A stretch of 64,000 nt of DNA from Clostridia bacterium (GCA_017501545.1 JAFVWS010000035.1:75408-139407), one strand, 5' to 3'; positions 25,963-34,805 are shown, numbered from the stretch's first letter. Translations and numbers: made by a program. Notes: generated from the sequence alone by a model not told the origin.

Positions 25963-28900
25963 TTATATCTTAACGTAAGCTATTTCGTCCTTCGAATAAA
26001 CGATAGCCTCACCATCATCTAATTTAATCTCGCGCGATTTTGTTGGCACACTGTATATGTCTGTCGTTATCGCCTGGGCAACGGAGTTATTAATCTCGCC
26101 ACCGATAATTACACCACATTGTGCGCGAACAAGCATTGAGTAAAGTCCGGCGCTTTGATATTCACCCCAGCGTTGCATATCATCAAGCGTAACTATATGA
26201 AGCCTTGGGCTTCTTGATACTATCTTCTCAAATTTGTTAAGCGCCTCATCAGAAATTCTATCAAAGAAATCACAAAATCCGTCTATAACTATAATTATAT
26301 CCGTTAGGTCGCTTTCCTCCTTTGCCCACAAATCATCAACAAAAGCATCAATGTCGTCGACAAATTCAAGTTGAGAAAGCTCCTCGTCACGATTAGAGGA
26401 TATTATGTATGCTTTTTTACCCTGCCTTACGATACTTGCCTTGAGCTTTTTCGCAAGCCCGCTGCTTGCACGTGTGCCGATGAAGATTCTTTTAGCGCTC
26501 GAATAATTAAATCCAACCTCTTCGCCACTTGCCTTATCAACGCCAACAAGCATATCACCCTCGTCAGATGGCGCATATTTGTATCTTTTACATTCGATTT
26601 TTTGAGCTGTAGGAATCAATGATGAAATATCCTTAATGGGTGCGTTTTTCTCGGTGCTTGATTTTATTTTTCTTTTGCTTGAATAGCTGTTGCCCTTAGA
26701 GACCTTAGCCATTTCAGCATATATCTCATTTATTTTTGAAGCACGAAGTGATTCGTTTGAGGCATTAAACGGAACAGCAAACTGCACCTCCGTCGCCTTA
26801 CCGCCCTTAACCACTAAGCCTCTGCCCTTAGCCTGCTCCGGCATAATTGGAACAGACACGTTAAGAATATCTCTGTACGCGCCAGAATCATTCATATTAA
26901 GGACTATTCTTTCTGAAATATGCTCAGTTACCCTATAGTAAATTGCACCCTTGCTATTACCTGTAACAATGAAATAAATACCACAGGCGCGCGCAGCGGA
27001 CACTAACTGAACAAGCGTATCCTCTACCCTGTGCGTTTTTTCACGGAATGCTGCATAGTCGTCAAGTGCAAAAATTATCATTGGCATTTTTTCATCAGTA
27101 AGTCTTATATATGACTCGTAGTTTGCACAATGGCTCTTTGTAAATATCTCTCTTCTTTCTGCAATTATTCCGTTTAGAATATCAAGCATTTCGTTTAATC
27201 CTGCATCATCGCTATCGGAAACATACCTTGAGCAATGAGGCATTGAAGCGAGGCTTGCAAGTCCTCCACCACCAAAGTCAGCCACAAATAGATTTAGCAT
27301 CTCTGGCGAAAGCTTAAGCGCCAAGGAGAACAGAATTGTTTGAATAAGTGTACTTTTTCCAGTACCTGAAGCGCCATATATTGCCAAATGTCCGTTTTCC
27401 AAGAAATCAACACTATATTGCTCCTGCTTTTGCTTTTCCGGCAAATCAACCATACCACAAATAGCCTGCATTTGTGTATCTGTATCCCACTCGTCAATAT
27501 TAAGAGCAAGTGCGCTGTTAAGGCACCTTTCAAGGAGTAAGGATGTGGAAAGAGGTGGAAGCCATAGCTTTTTCGCCCTGAGCTTCTGCTGCTCACCAAT
27601 GCTTGCAAGAAGCGACACTGTCTCCTCAAGCTGTGTACGCTCACTCTTTTTGTCAGCAACGGATTTTTTAGAGGTTCTTATTCTTTCCGCGTGCCAGTTT
27701 ACCATGTCAACTGAAACGCTGTCCTCATCTATATATTCCTTTTGCTCTATATAGTCAGCACCACTATATCCAGATTGAATCTGCTCAAAGATTTCGTCGT
27801 AGCCAACCTGAACAAACGCACGACCTGGTTGCTTAATGAGTGCAGCCTCTGGCTTGCCAAGCATATCCATACTATCCTGCTTGTCAAGAACCTTTAGGCA
27901 AACCTTAAACTTTGAGTTGCTCCAAATTTGTGGGTCAACAACACCACTTGGTCTTTGCGTCGCCAAAATAAGATGTATTCCAAGGCTTCTACCAACCTGT
28001 GCTATGTCTATAAGCTTGGACATAAACTCGGGATGCTGGGATTTTAGCTGAGCAAACTCGTCGATTACAATAATCAAGTGAGGAAGTGGTTGATCCAGCT
28101 TTTTGTCCTTGAAATATTTATGGTATGAGTTGATATCAATCTTATCAACTCCTAATATCTCTGCAGATTTATTGAAAAGGCTTTGTCTGCTCTTCACCTC
28201 TGCCTCTAAGGAAATGAGCGCCCTGTGTAGCGTATTTCCAGAAAGGTTTGAAATGGTTGCCGCAAGGTGAGGTGAGCGCAAGAATGGTCTTGCCATATCG
28301 CCACCCTTAAAGTCAACCAGAACAAAGGCAACCTCATTAGGGCTATAGTTTATCATCATTGATAAAATATAAGCCTGTAAGAATTCACTCTTACCTGAGC
28401 CTGTTGTTCCCGCCACTAAGCCGTGACAGCCGTGATACTTTTCGTGAATATCAAGCGAGAATATCTCGCCACCTGCCTTAACGCCAATAGGTGCAGCAAG
28501 GCTCCTTTCCGATACGTTTGTGCCCCAATGGTTTGTAATCTCCAAGGCACCAACGTTTCCAACCCTGAACATATCAAGGAAGGTTACTCTGTCTGGAATT
28601 GCCTCTGTGGTTTTATCAATTTTCACAGGAATTTGATTTATTTCGCTGCAAAGCTGTTTCATTAATGAATCAGAAACAGAGTCGGATTTATATTTTATAA
28701 AGCGGTTGTTGTTTTCATTTTTAACATACATACCGCAAACCTCTGCGTCCTTTTGAATTATAGCAACGCATTCCTTTGGAATATTACTAAATCTCTTTCC
28801 AAAGAACACAGTAGAAATACCAGAGGTGTTGTCCTTGTCAATTAAACGCTTTCTAAACGGCAAATCCTCAATTAAATTATCATCCAGCACCAAAACAACA

Positions 28901-30501
28901 TATCTTGGTAGCATATCCTCATTGCCCTCTTGGCTTGTCTCGCGGTCTGAAACAACCTCATCAAGATGTGCAAGAAGCGCCCTTGCCTCTTGTGGAGTGG
29001 TTGCCACGTATCGACGCTTTCTATCATTGCTCCATGTATGTGGTAAATCGTTAGCCCACTTAAGTGAAGACAAGTCTGAGGAATTATAAATCAATGCGAT
29101 TTTAACCTCATCTGGTGAGTGAAGCGCAACTATATTTGAAACAATAACCTTGAAAACCTCCTTGGTGTCGCCAACAACGCCAATTACCCTTTTGTCAGCC
29201 AAGGAAATAGCAATTGGAACATCGGTTAATGTTTCGTATCTGTTTTTTAGGTCAAGCGCCTGCTCAACCATTGGGTCATCCTCAAGGGTGAATGCCTTTT
29301 CTGGTGCTTGGATGTTCAATGGCGTGTCAATTTCACCAACACCTAAGCGTACAAGCAAAAAGTCCTCGTCTGTTGGCACCCTTTCCCAAAGGCGCCTGTT
29401 TCTGTCAAATATAAATTTCGACGTGTCAGCAGGAGATGGCATTGCGCTTTCCTTCAAAACGCGTGCATTCCTTTCATGCTTTTCCTTTATTTCGCCTTCC
29501 TTTTCAGCCAAATAAAGCTCATATCTTTTTATTCTATACTCCTCGTTTAGCCTTTCCTGCTTTTTGTTATATCTTCTCAAAAGCACTGGCCAAAGAAGCG
29601 CACCTGCAAGCATGCTGACAGCCATTACACTGCTTGTTATAACTGATGCAATGCCATTGCCCTTAACAGCATTTGCTATCGTAATACCAACGCTGGCAAG
29701 CATAGCAAGTGACATTGTAATAGAAGGGCCTGCCGTCAACAAAAACGGTGGTTGCTTTGATTTTTGAGGTGGTGTTGGGGCATCAATTACTATTTTGTCC
29801 TTGTCAACGGACTTGATAATTCTTGGCGTCCTTACATAATCACTTTCCTCCTCGTCCTTTTCAGGAGATGCGATTTCATACTCTTGAAGCAAGCTAAGCG
29901 CATTTGTCCTAATGTTTGATGGCAAAACTAATGCTCCGTCAAAGTAAACCATTGTTGTTCCCATTAAGTAAATCTCATCGCCATTCTCAAGCTTTCTTGA
30001 TGACTCTCTTTTTCCATTAACATAAATTGGCGTCTTTGTAGACAAGTCCTCAAGCACATAAGCGTCATTTTCCTTGTGAATAGCGGCGCATTTACGAGAA
30101 ACATTTGCATTGATGTCTATTATTATATTCGACTCCTCTGAGCGTCCAATAAATACATTTTCTTCACCAAGCATATATATATTCGATGACATAGAAAGCG
30201 TGCTACAATCAACGAAAAGAGCTGAATACACAACTCCATCGTTATCAAAGGTTAAATAGTCACCGTGTGAGATTTGCAAGGAGCCCTCTGCCTCTTGTCC
30301 TGCACTATAAATTTTTACAGCTGAGGATTTGCTTTGCAAGGTGTAATATTCCGCCTGAATATGAATAGGCAAATATATTTTCTTGTTTCCAAAAACAAAG
30401 CTCTTATCAACATAACCATTGAACGAATTTTGAATAAGCTCATCAATTTTATATTGACACATTTTATTATTTACAAAAATCGTTACTATAAAATTGTTCA
30501 T
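25963..30501 (-). CDS. essC: EssC/YukB-type FtsK-SpoIIIE T7SS ATPase with N-terminal FHA-like modules (1512 aa)
   Basis: The N-terminus is FHA-like (IGRSEESNIIID...VSRKCAAI...STKTPIYVNG...GDEIYLMG). Two TM helices follow. Walker A motifs GTTGSGKSEF and GASGTGKSTL are present, with Walker B IVIDEFAQL and a degenerate third ATPase domain. Confidence 0.9.
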   Translation of the reverse strand: MNNFIVTIFVNNKMCQYKIDELIQNSFNGYVDKSFVFGNKKIYLPIHIQAEYYTLQSKSSAVKIYSAGQEAEGSLQISHGDYLTFDNDGVVYSALFVDCSTLSMSSNIYMLGEENVFIGRSEESNIIIDINANVSRKCAAIHKENDAYVLEDLSTKTPIYVNGKRESSRKLENGDEIYLMGTTMVYFDGALVLPSNIRTNALSLLQEYEIASPEKDEEESDYVRTPRIIKSVDKDKIVIDAPTPPQKSKQPPFLLTAGPSITMSLAMLASVGITIANAVKGNGIASVITSSVMAVSMLAGALLWPVLLRRYNKKQERLNEEYRIKRYELYLAEKEGEIKEKHERNARVLKESAMPSPADTSKFIFDRNRRLWERVPTDEDFLLVRLGVGEIDTPLNIQAPEKAFTLEDDPMVEQALDLKNRYETLTDVPIAISLADKRVIGVVGDTKEVFKVIVSNIVALHSPDEVKIALIYNSSDLSSLKWANDLPHTWSNDRKRRYVATTPQEARALLAHLDEVVSDRETSQEGNEDMLPRYVVLVLDDNLIEDLPFRKRLIDKDNTSGISTVFFGKRFSNIPKECVAIIQKDAEVCGMYVKNENNNRFIKYKSDSVSDSLMKQLCSEINQIPVKIDKTTEAIPDRVTFLDMFRVGNVGALEITNHWGTNVSERSLAAPIGVKAGGEIFSLDIHEKYHGCHGLVAGTTGSGKSEFLQAYILSMMINYSPNEVAFVLVDFKGGDMARPFLRSPHLAATISNLSGNTLHRALISLEAEVKSRQSLFNKSAEILGVDKIDINSYHKYFKDKKLDQPLPHLIIVIDEFAQLKSQHPEFMSKLIDIAQVGRSLGIHLILATQRPSGVVDPQIWSNSKFKVCLKVLDKQDSMDMLGKPEAALIKQPGRAFVQVGYDEIFEQIQSGYSGADYIEQKEYIDEDSVSVDMVNWHAERIRTSKKSVADKKSERTQLEETVSLLASIGEQQKLRAKKLWLPPLSTSLLLERCLNSALALNIDEWDTDTQMQAICGMVDLPEKQKQEQYSVDFLENGHLAIYGASGTGKSTLIQTILFSLALKLSPEMLNLFVADFGGGGLASLASMPHCSRYVSDSDDAGLNEMLDILNGIIAERREIFTKSHCANYESYIRLTDEKMPMIIFALDDYAAFREKTHRVEDTLVQLVSAARACGIYFIVTGNSKGAIYYRVTEHISERIVLNMNDSGAYRDILNVSVPIMPEQAKGRGLVVKGGKATEVQFAVPFNASNESLRASKINEIYAEMAKVSKGNSYSSKRKIKSSTEKNAPIKDISSLIPTAQKIECKRYKYAPSDEGDMLVGVDKASGEEVGFNYSSAKRIFIGTRASSGLAKKLKASIVRQGKKAYIISSNRDEELSQLEFVDDIDAFVDDLWAKEESDLTDIIIVIDGFCDFFDRISDEALNKFEKIVSRSPRLHIVTLDDMQRWGEYQSAGLYSMLVRAQCGVIIGGEINNSVAQAITTDIYSVPTKSREIKLDDGEAIVYSKDEIAYVKI

Positions 30502-30590
30502 ACTGTCTCCTTGCGCTTAGCTTTCTAATAATTAAGAAATTTCGCGGGTAAAACTAATAAACAGTAGCGCCCGCGAAAAATATATAATAA

Positions 30591-30619
30591 ATTATAACAT
30601 ATTATTCATAATTTGTCAA
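30591..30619 (-). promoter_or_regulatory. Consensus sigma-A-type promoter of the essC operon
   Basis: On the minus strand it reads TTGACA (30619-30614), a 17-nt spacer, then TATAAT (30596-30591). The roughly 85-nt leader contains an 8-bp stem ttcgcggg/cccgcgaa (30541-30578). Confidence 0.7.
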
Positions 30620-30656
30620 TATTTACAACAAATTTCCACTTATTTTGCGCGATATT

Positions 30657-30688
30657 ATAAAAGCGCGTGAGTTTTCACGCGCTTTTTT
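30657..30688. terminator. Palindromic terminator downstream of 30690..30899
   Basis: The hairpin aaaagcgcgtga-gttt-tcacgcgctttttt separates the RHH-like gene from the essC promoter. Confidence 0.6.
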
Positions 30689-30689
30689 G

Positions 30690-30899
30690 TTATTCTTCGT
30701 CTGAAAATTCATCAAGCGATATGCCTTGTAGCTCCTCGCTTTTAATATTGCCCTTTACTCTTTCGTAATACGAGATTTTTTGGCGTATCATAGCGGTAAT
30801 TTCGTTTTGCACGCTCATTTTCTCGTTTTTTGAAACAACGGCAAGCTTTTTTGCTACGTCCTCGCTTAAGCGAATTTTTAATATCTTGTTCTTTTTCAT
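30690..30899 (-). CDS. Small ribbon-helix-helix-like protein (69 aa)
   Basis: The N-terminus KILKIRLSEDVAKKLAVVSKNEKMSVQNEITAMIRQ fits a beta-strand plus two-helix CopG/Arc pattern, and the tail is acidic. The assignment is tentative. Confidence 0.4.
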   Translation of the reverse strand: MKKNKILKIRLSEDVAKKLAVVSKNEKMSVQNEITAMIRQKISYYERVKGNIKSEELQGISLDEFSDEE

Positions 30900-30907
30900 G
30901 GTTTCAC

Positions 30908-31206
30908 CTAATTAAAGTATTTCTTGTCAAACAAATTTTAGTTAAAGTATTTCTTATCAAGTGAGCGCAGTCCTATTGCCTCCGCCAGATGTACTTGCCT
31001 TCCCCTTGAGGGGACACATTGACACTAGAAAACTTGTTTTCTCAAGTGGAAAGCGTGCATGCGAGTGAAGTGAGTCGCAAGGGGGACCACAGCCACCAAG
31101 CTGTAAATACACTCTCGCTTTATAAGTGGTGGATGAGGTGTTTTTACAAATTTTAGTTAAAATATTTCTTATCAAGCGAACGCAGTCCTATTGCCTCTGC
31201 CAGGTG
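30908..31206. repeat. Duplicated comM 3' end flanking a 154-bp REP-like element
   Basis: The 61-bp segment 31146-31206 contains the last 16 sense codons of comM, its stop codon and about 7-10 nt downstream. It is repeated at 30931-30991 with about 5 mismatches, and a partial third copy lies at 30908-30930. The intervening 30992-31145, read on the minus strand, starts aaacacctcatcc and ends cccctcaaggggaaggc. These are the same termini as the element in the 55.9-kb array. Confidence 0.75.
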
Positions 31207-32700
31207 TTGTGGCATAATATCCTTACTACCACCAAGGTCTGCAATTGTGCGTGCAAGCCTTAAAATTCTGTCGTGTCCACGTGCTGAAAGGCCAAGGGCT
31301 GTAAATGCCCTTTCCATAAGGGCCGAGCATTCTGGCGATAGTGCGCAGTATTTTCTTAGGTGCTTTGATTCCATTTGCGCATTACATGTAATTTTTGCGC
31401 CTGCTTCTGTTGTGTCGTTTTCAAAGCGAGCCTGCATTATTTTGCGTGCGCTGTTTACCCTTTGTCTGATTGAAAACGAGGACTCTGCCTCTTGCTTTTT
31501 AGAAATTTCGTCATAGTTTAGCGAGGAAACCTCAATTTGAATATCTACTCTATCAAGAAGAGGCCCGCTGATTTTTGAAACGTATTTTTTAATTTCCTCT
31601 TTTTTGCAGGTGCAGGGGCGCGTTGGATGCCCAAAGTAGCCACACTTACAAGGGTTCATCGCCGCAACTAACATAAATCTGCACGGATATGTAATTCTGC
31701 CCGCCGCCCTTGTTATCGTGATTTTTCCGTCCTCAAGCGGCTGACGAAGTGACTCAGTCACCTGACGGTTAAACTCTGGTAGCTCATCAAGGAACAAAAC
31801 CCCATTAGAAGCAAGAGAAACCTCACCTGGAACCGGAATTTTGCCACCTCCAACCAAGGCTGGCGCCGACATTGTATGGTGAGGGGCACGGAAGGGTCTT
31901 TCTCTTATAAGAGAAACGCCCTCTGGTAAAATGCCAGAAACTGAATGTATTTTCGTTGTTTCAATCGACTCGTCAAAGGTCATTTCGGGAAGGATTGATG
32001 GTATACGCTTGGCTATCATTGATTTTCCTGTGCCAGGTGGGCCGATAAGAAGCATATTGTGTCCGCCCGCTGCTGCAATTTCTGTTGCACGGCGCACAGC
32101 TGCTTGCCCCATTACGTCGCTAAAGTCTGGGTAGGCTGGTGATTTTTCGGAGTCGTCTAATCCACCTACAACCGGTGCGATTTTATCTACCTCATTAAAG
32201 TGATTTACAAGCTGAGTTACGTTTCTTACCCCGTAAACCTCTATATCCCTTAAGGCGCTTGCCTCCCTTACGTTTTCAAGTGGCACAAAAAGCTTTTTCT
32301 TTCCTGCATTTTTGGCAGCCGATGCCATACATAAAACACCATTTACACGGCGCACGTCTCCAGAGAGTGAAAGCTCACCGATGAAGCAACATTCATCAAG
32401 CGCCTCCGGCTTTGAAAAAATCTCACCATTTAAAAGAATACTTACTAAAATTGCAAGGTCAAAGCTTGAGCCCTCCTTGCGCTTGTCCGCTGGCGCTAAG
32501 TTAACTATTATTTCCTTTTGCGGAAATGGCAATTTAGAGTTAATTGCCGCAGCCTTAACCCTCTCCTTTGCCTCCTTAATCGCGTTATCAGGAAGTCCAA
32601 CTATTTCAAAGCACGAAAGATTTCTTGTAGAGTGGCACTCAACTGTCACTAAGTATCCGTCAATTCCGAAAAGTCCTGCACTATAAGCCTTGCTAATCAT
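31153..32700 (-). CDS. comM: YifB/ComM-family Mg-chelatase-like AAA+ ATPase (515 aa)
   Basis: It has an N-terminal Lon-like domain, Walker A LLIGPPGTGKSM, Walker B GVLFLDELPEF, a Cys cluster CKCGYFGHPTRPCTC, and a conserved C-terminal tail. Confidence 0.9.
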   Translation of the reverse strand: MISKAYSAGLFGIDGYLVTVECHSTRNLSCFEIVGLPDNAIKEAKERVKAAAINSKLPFPQKEIIVNLAPADKRKEGSSFDLAILVSILLNGEIFSKPEALDECCFIGELSLSGDVRRVNGVLCMASAAKNAGKKKLFVPLENVREASALRDIEVYGVRNVTQLVNHFNEVDKIAPVVGGLDDSEKSPAYPDFSDVMGQAAVRRATEIAAAGGHNMLLIGPPGTGKSMIAKRIPSILPEMTFDESIETTKIHSVSGILPEGVSLIRERPFRAPHHTMSAPALVGGGKIPVPGEVSLASNGVLFLDELPEFNRQVTESLRQPLEDGKITITRAAGRITYPCRFMLVAAMNPCKCGYFGHPTRPCTCKKEEIKKYVSKISGPLLDRVDIQIEVSSLNYDEISKKQEAESSFSIRQRVNSARKIMQARFENDTTEAGAKITCNAQMESKHLRKYCALSPECSALMERAFTALGLSARGHDRILRLARTIADLGGSKDIMPQHLAEAIGLRSLDKKYFN

Positions 32701-32841
32701 AACTCACACCTCTAAAAATCGTACTAAGAAAAGTTTACCATACTTTGAATAAAAATTCAAGAAAAAGAAAGAGGCACACTAACGAAAATTAGCGCCCTCT
32801 TTGCTTTAAATTTTATTCTATGCCTACTACGGCAGTCACCA

Positions 32842-33495
32842 CTATGCCTCGATAGCCTTGAGAATCTTACGTGCAATCATCATTCCACCAACCCAGTTAG
32901 GATGAACTCTATCCCAAGAAATGTAAGCTGGATAGCGATATTTAAGGTGGTTATCAAAGTCCTCTTGCACGTCTATGTATTTGATGTTGTACTTCTCTGC
33001 GTATTTTTCTACAACCTCTTTGCAAATTTGTGCATATTCAAGAATACGCTTTTTCATTGGGTCCTCGTTATTTGCTTCCATATAAAATGGGCTGATAACA
33101 AACATACCCTTTACGTTTGGAAGCGTACGCTCACAAACTGCCTCAAGGTTATTACGATATGGGTCTGGCATTAATGCGCTATTATCAAGATTTGGCTCAT
33201 CAAACTGACGCCAAACGTCATTTGCACCTATCATAACGAAAACCCAGTCAGGCTTGCACGCCTCAACGTTTTTCTCCCAGTTGGCAAGCATATCCTTGCT
33301 GGCAGCGCCACTCTCGCCAACGTTTATAATGCGAAGCATTCTTTCGGGATAGTCAATTGCGAGGCTTGAGTCAACCATACGAACGTAGCCGTTGCCAAGT
33401 CCCTCCCAAAGTCCCATACCATAAGGGCGCTTTCTTCCACAGTCAGTAACTGAATCTCCTGCGAATACTATTGTTTCTCCATTTTGAAAAATCAT
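32842..33495 (-). CDS. SGNH/GDSL-family hydrolase (217 aa)
   Basis: Block I is VFAGDSVTD, GAND is present, and block V is DRVHPN. Confidence 0.75.
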   Translation of the reverse strand: MIFQNGETIVFAGDSVTDCGRKRPYGMGLWEGLGNGYVRMVDSSLAIDYPERMLRIINVGESGAASKDMLANWEKNVEACKPDWVFVMIGANDVWRQFDEPNLDNSALMPDPYRNNLEAVCERTLPNVKGMFVISPFYMEANNEDPMKKRILEYAQICKEVVEKYAEKYNIKYIDVQEDFDNHLKYRYPAYISWDRVHPNWVGGMMIARKILKAIEA

Positions 33496-34082
33496 TTCTT
33501 TTCTCCTTGCTTTTTATTTAGAGGCTTTTTCTTTTTTACCGAAAAGCCGAATTTACCAATACGCTCACCGAGTCTATAATACTCTCCGTGGGCAAATGCG
33601 CAAAGATGTGCGCGATTAATGCAAAGCTTGTCACCCTCTAAGAGTGACTTATCTACGTTTACTGCCAAAATATCAGCAAGAAACATATCGTGTGAGCCAA
33701 GAGGTATTACGTCAGTTACCTTACACTCAATTGAAATAGGACACTCCCCTATCATAGGTGCTTCAATTTTCGTTGCTTTTTCCTTGGTCAGCTTGCATTT
33801 TTCAAACTTGTCAATCTTGCGCCCTGTGTACATTCCGCAAAAATCCGCCACCTTGGCAAGGGACGAGGGCGTTAGGTTTATTACAAACTCACCGGTTTTC
33901 TTTAAAATTTCATATGAATATCGCTCAGGGCGAACGGAAATATACGTTTTTGGTGGGACAGTGTTTGTAATTCCACACCAAGCAACCGTAATTATATTTG
34001 ATTTTTCCATATCTCCAAGCGAAACCATAACCGCAGGCACCGGAGCAACAAGTGCGCCACCACGCCAACTAATCTTCTCCAT
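33492..34082 (-). CDS. Flavin reductase-like (FMN-binding split-barrel) protein
   Basis: ITVAWCGITNTVPPKTYISVRPERYSYEILKKTGEFVINL is typical of the flavin-reductase domain. I prefer the ATG at 34082 to the TTG at 34097. Confidence 0.7.
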   Translation of the reverse strand: MEKISWRGGALVAPVPAVMVSLGDMEKSNIITVAWCGITNTVPPKTYISVRPERYSYEILKKTGEFVINLTPSSLAKVADFCGMYTGRKIDKFEKCKLTKEKATKIEAPMIGECPISIECKVTDVIPLGSHDMFLADILAVNVDKSLLEGDKLCINRAHLCAFAHGEYYRLGERIGKFGFSVKKKKPLNKKQGEKK

Positions 34083-34584
34083 ATCGCTTCTCCACAAAAT
34101 GAGGACATAAATTTATTATTTCAAGCCCGCTACGCCTTGCGTATCTAAAGGTTTGTCCTGTGCCTGAAATATAAGTGCCGTCGTAGTAGGTAATTAGGTA
34201 CGAGGCACTATCCACCATTTTATAATTTCTTATTTTCATACAATCCTTAGTATAAGTATAGCTTGGCATATCAACAAAATCTGCCTTTTTTAGTATCTCC
34301 TTATACTGTCGCCTGTCGCCAAAGCTCCACCTTGACTCCTGCCCCTGGCAAGGCACATAAATGTGAAGCTTAATCTGCGGGTGTGATTTTTTAAGGCCTA
34401 AAATACACAGGGCAACCTCTGTGTCAAAGCCGAGTGCGCCACCAGCAATAAAGGTGTCAATGCCCTTTTCTATCAAGGCTTCAACTGCGCCAATCAGCTT
34501 GCTTCTTGAATAGTCACTATCTAAATATCTATGTCCTGAAAAGCAACATGCATTTTCCCTTGACAAATCAGACCCTCCCTTCAA
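34069..34584 (-). CDS. DUF1273/YpsA-like SLOG-family protein
   Basis: FSGHR and GGALGFDTEVA motifs are present. The start is uncertain: the track start 34584 is a TTG, and the TTG at 34566 has gggaggg upstream. Confidence 0.65.
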   Translation of the reverse strand: MKGGSDLSRENACCFSGHRYLDSDYSRSKLIGAVEALIEKGIDTFIAGGALGFDTEVALCILGLKKSHPQIKLHIYVPCQGQESRWSFGDRRQYKEILKKADFVDMPSYTYTKDCMKIRNYKMVDSASYLITYYDGTYISGTGQTFRYARRSGLEIINLCPHFVEKRYGED

Positions 34585-34772
34585 GAACTAAACTATTTTC
34601 ATTATATCACCAAGGGAGCATAAATACAATAAAATATCAAGATTTTATGCTTTGTTTTTTGAAAAAATTACTTTTTTATCGACATTTACCGACACCACAT
34701 CTATAAAAGGCTGTGTATTCTTTCTTTTACAATAATCCATCATCAAAAAGCACGCGCTTTTGACACCGTGCT

Positions 34773-34805
34773 TTGACAAAATCCCCACCTCTACATATGT
34801 ATAAT
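34773..34805 (+). promoter_or_regulatory. Candidate spoIIE promoter with a 21-nt spacer
   Basis: TTGACA (34773-34778), a 21-nt spacer, then TATAAT (34800-34805), about 26 nt before the ATG. A second TTGACA lies at 34760-34765. Spo0A-box-like sequences occur at 34678-34684 (atcgaca) and 34688-34694 (accgaca). Confidence 0.5.

Noticed and set aside
30957-31175. 72-aa ORF between the RHH-like gene and comM
   Set aside because: It lies entirely within the duplicated comM 3' end plus the REP-like element and overlaps the real comM stop. No RBS is present.
30908-31206. The duplicated comM 3' end as the attL/attR boundary of the T7SS island
   Set aside because: The two copies are only 215 bp apart and flank a 154-bp element, not the island. 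I found no third copy near the other end of the operon (15.8-16.0 kb) and no integrase in the window.
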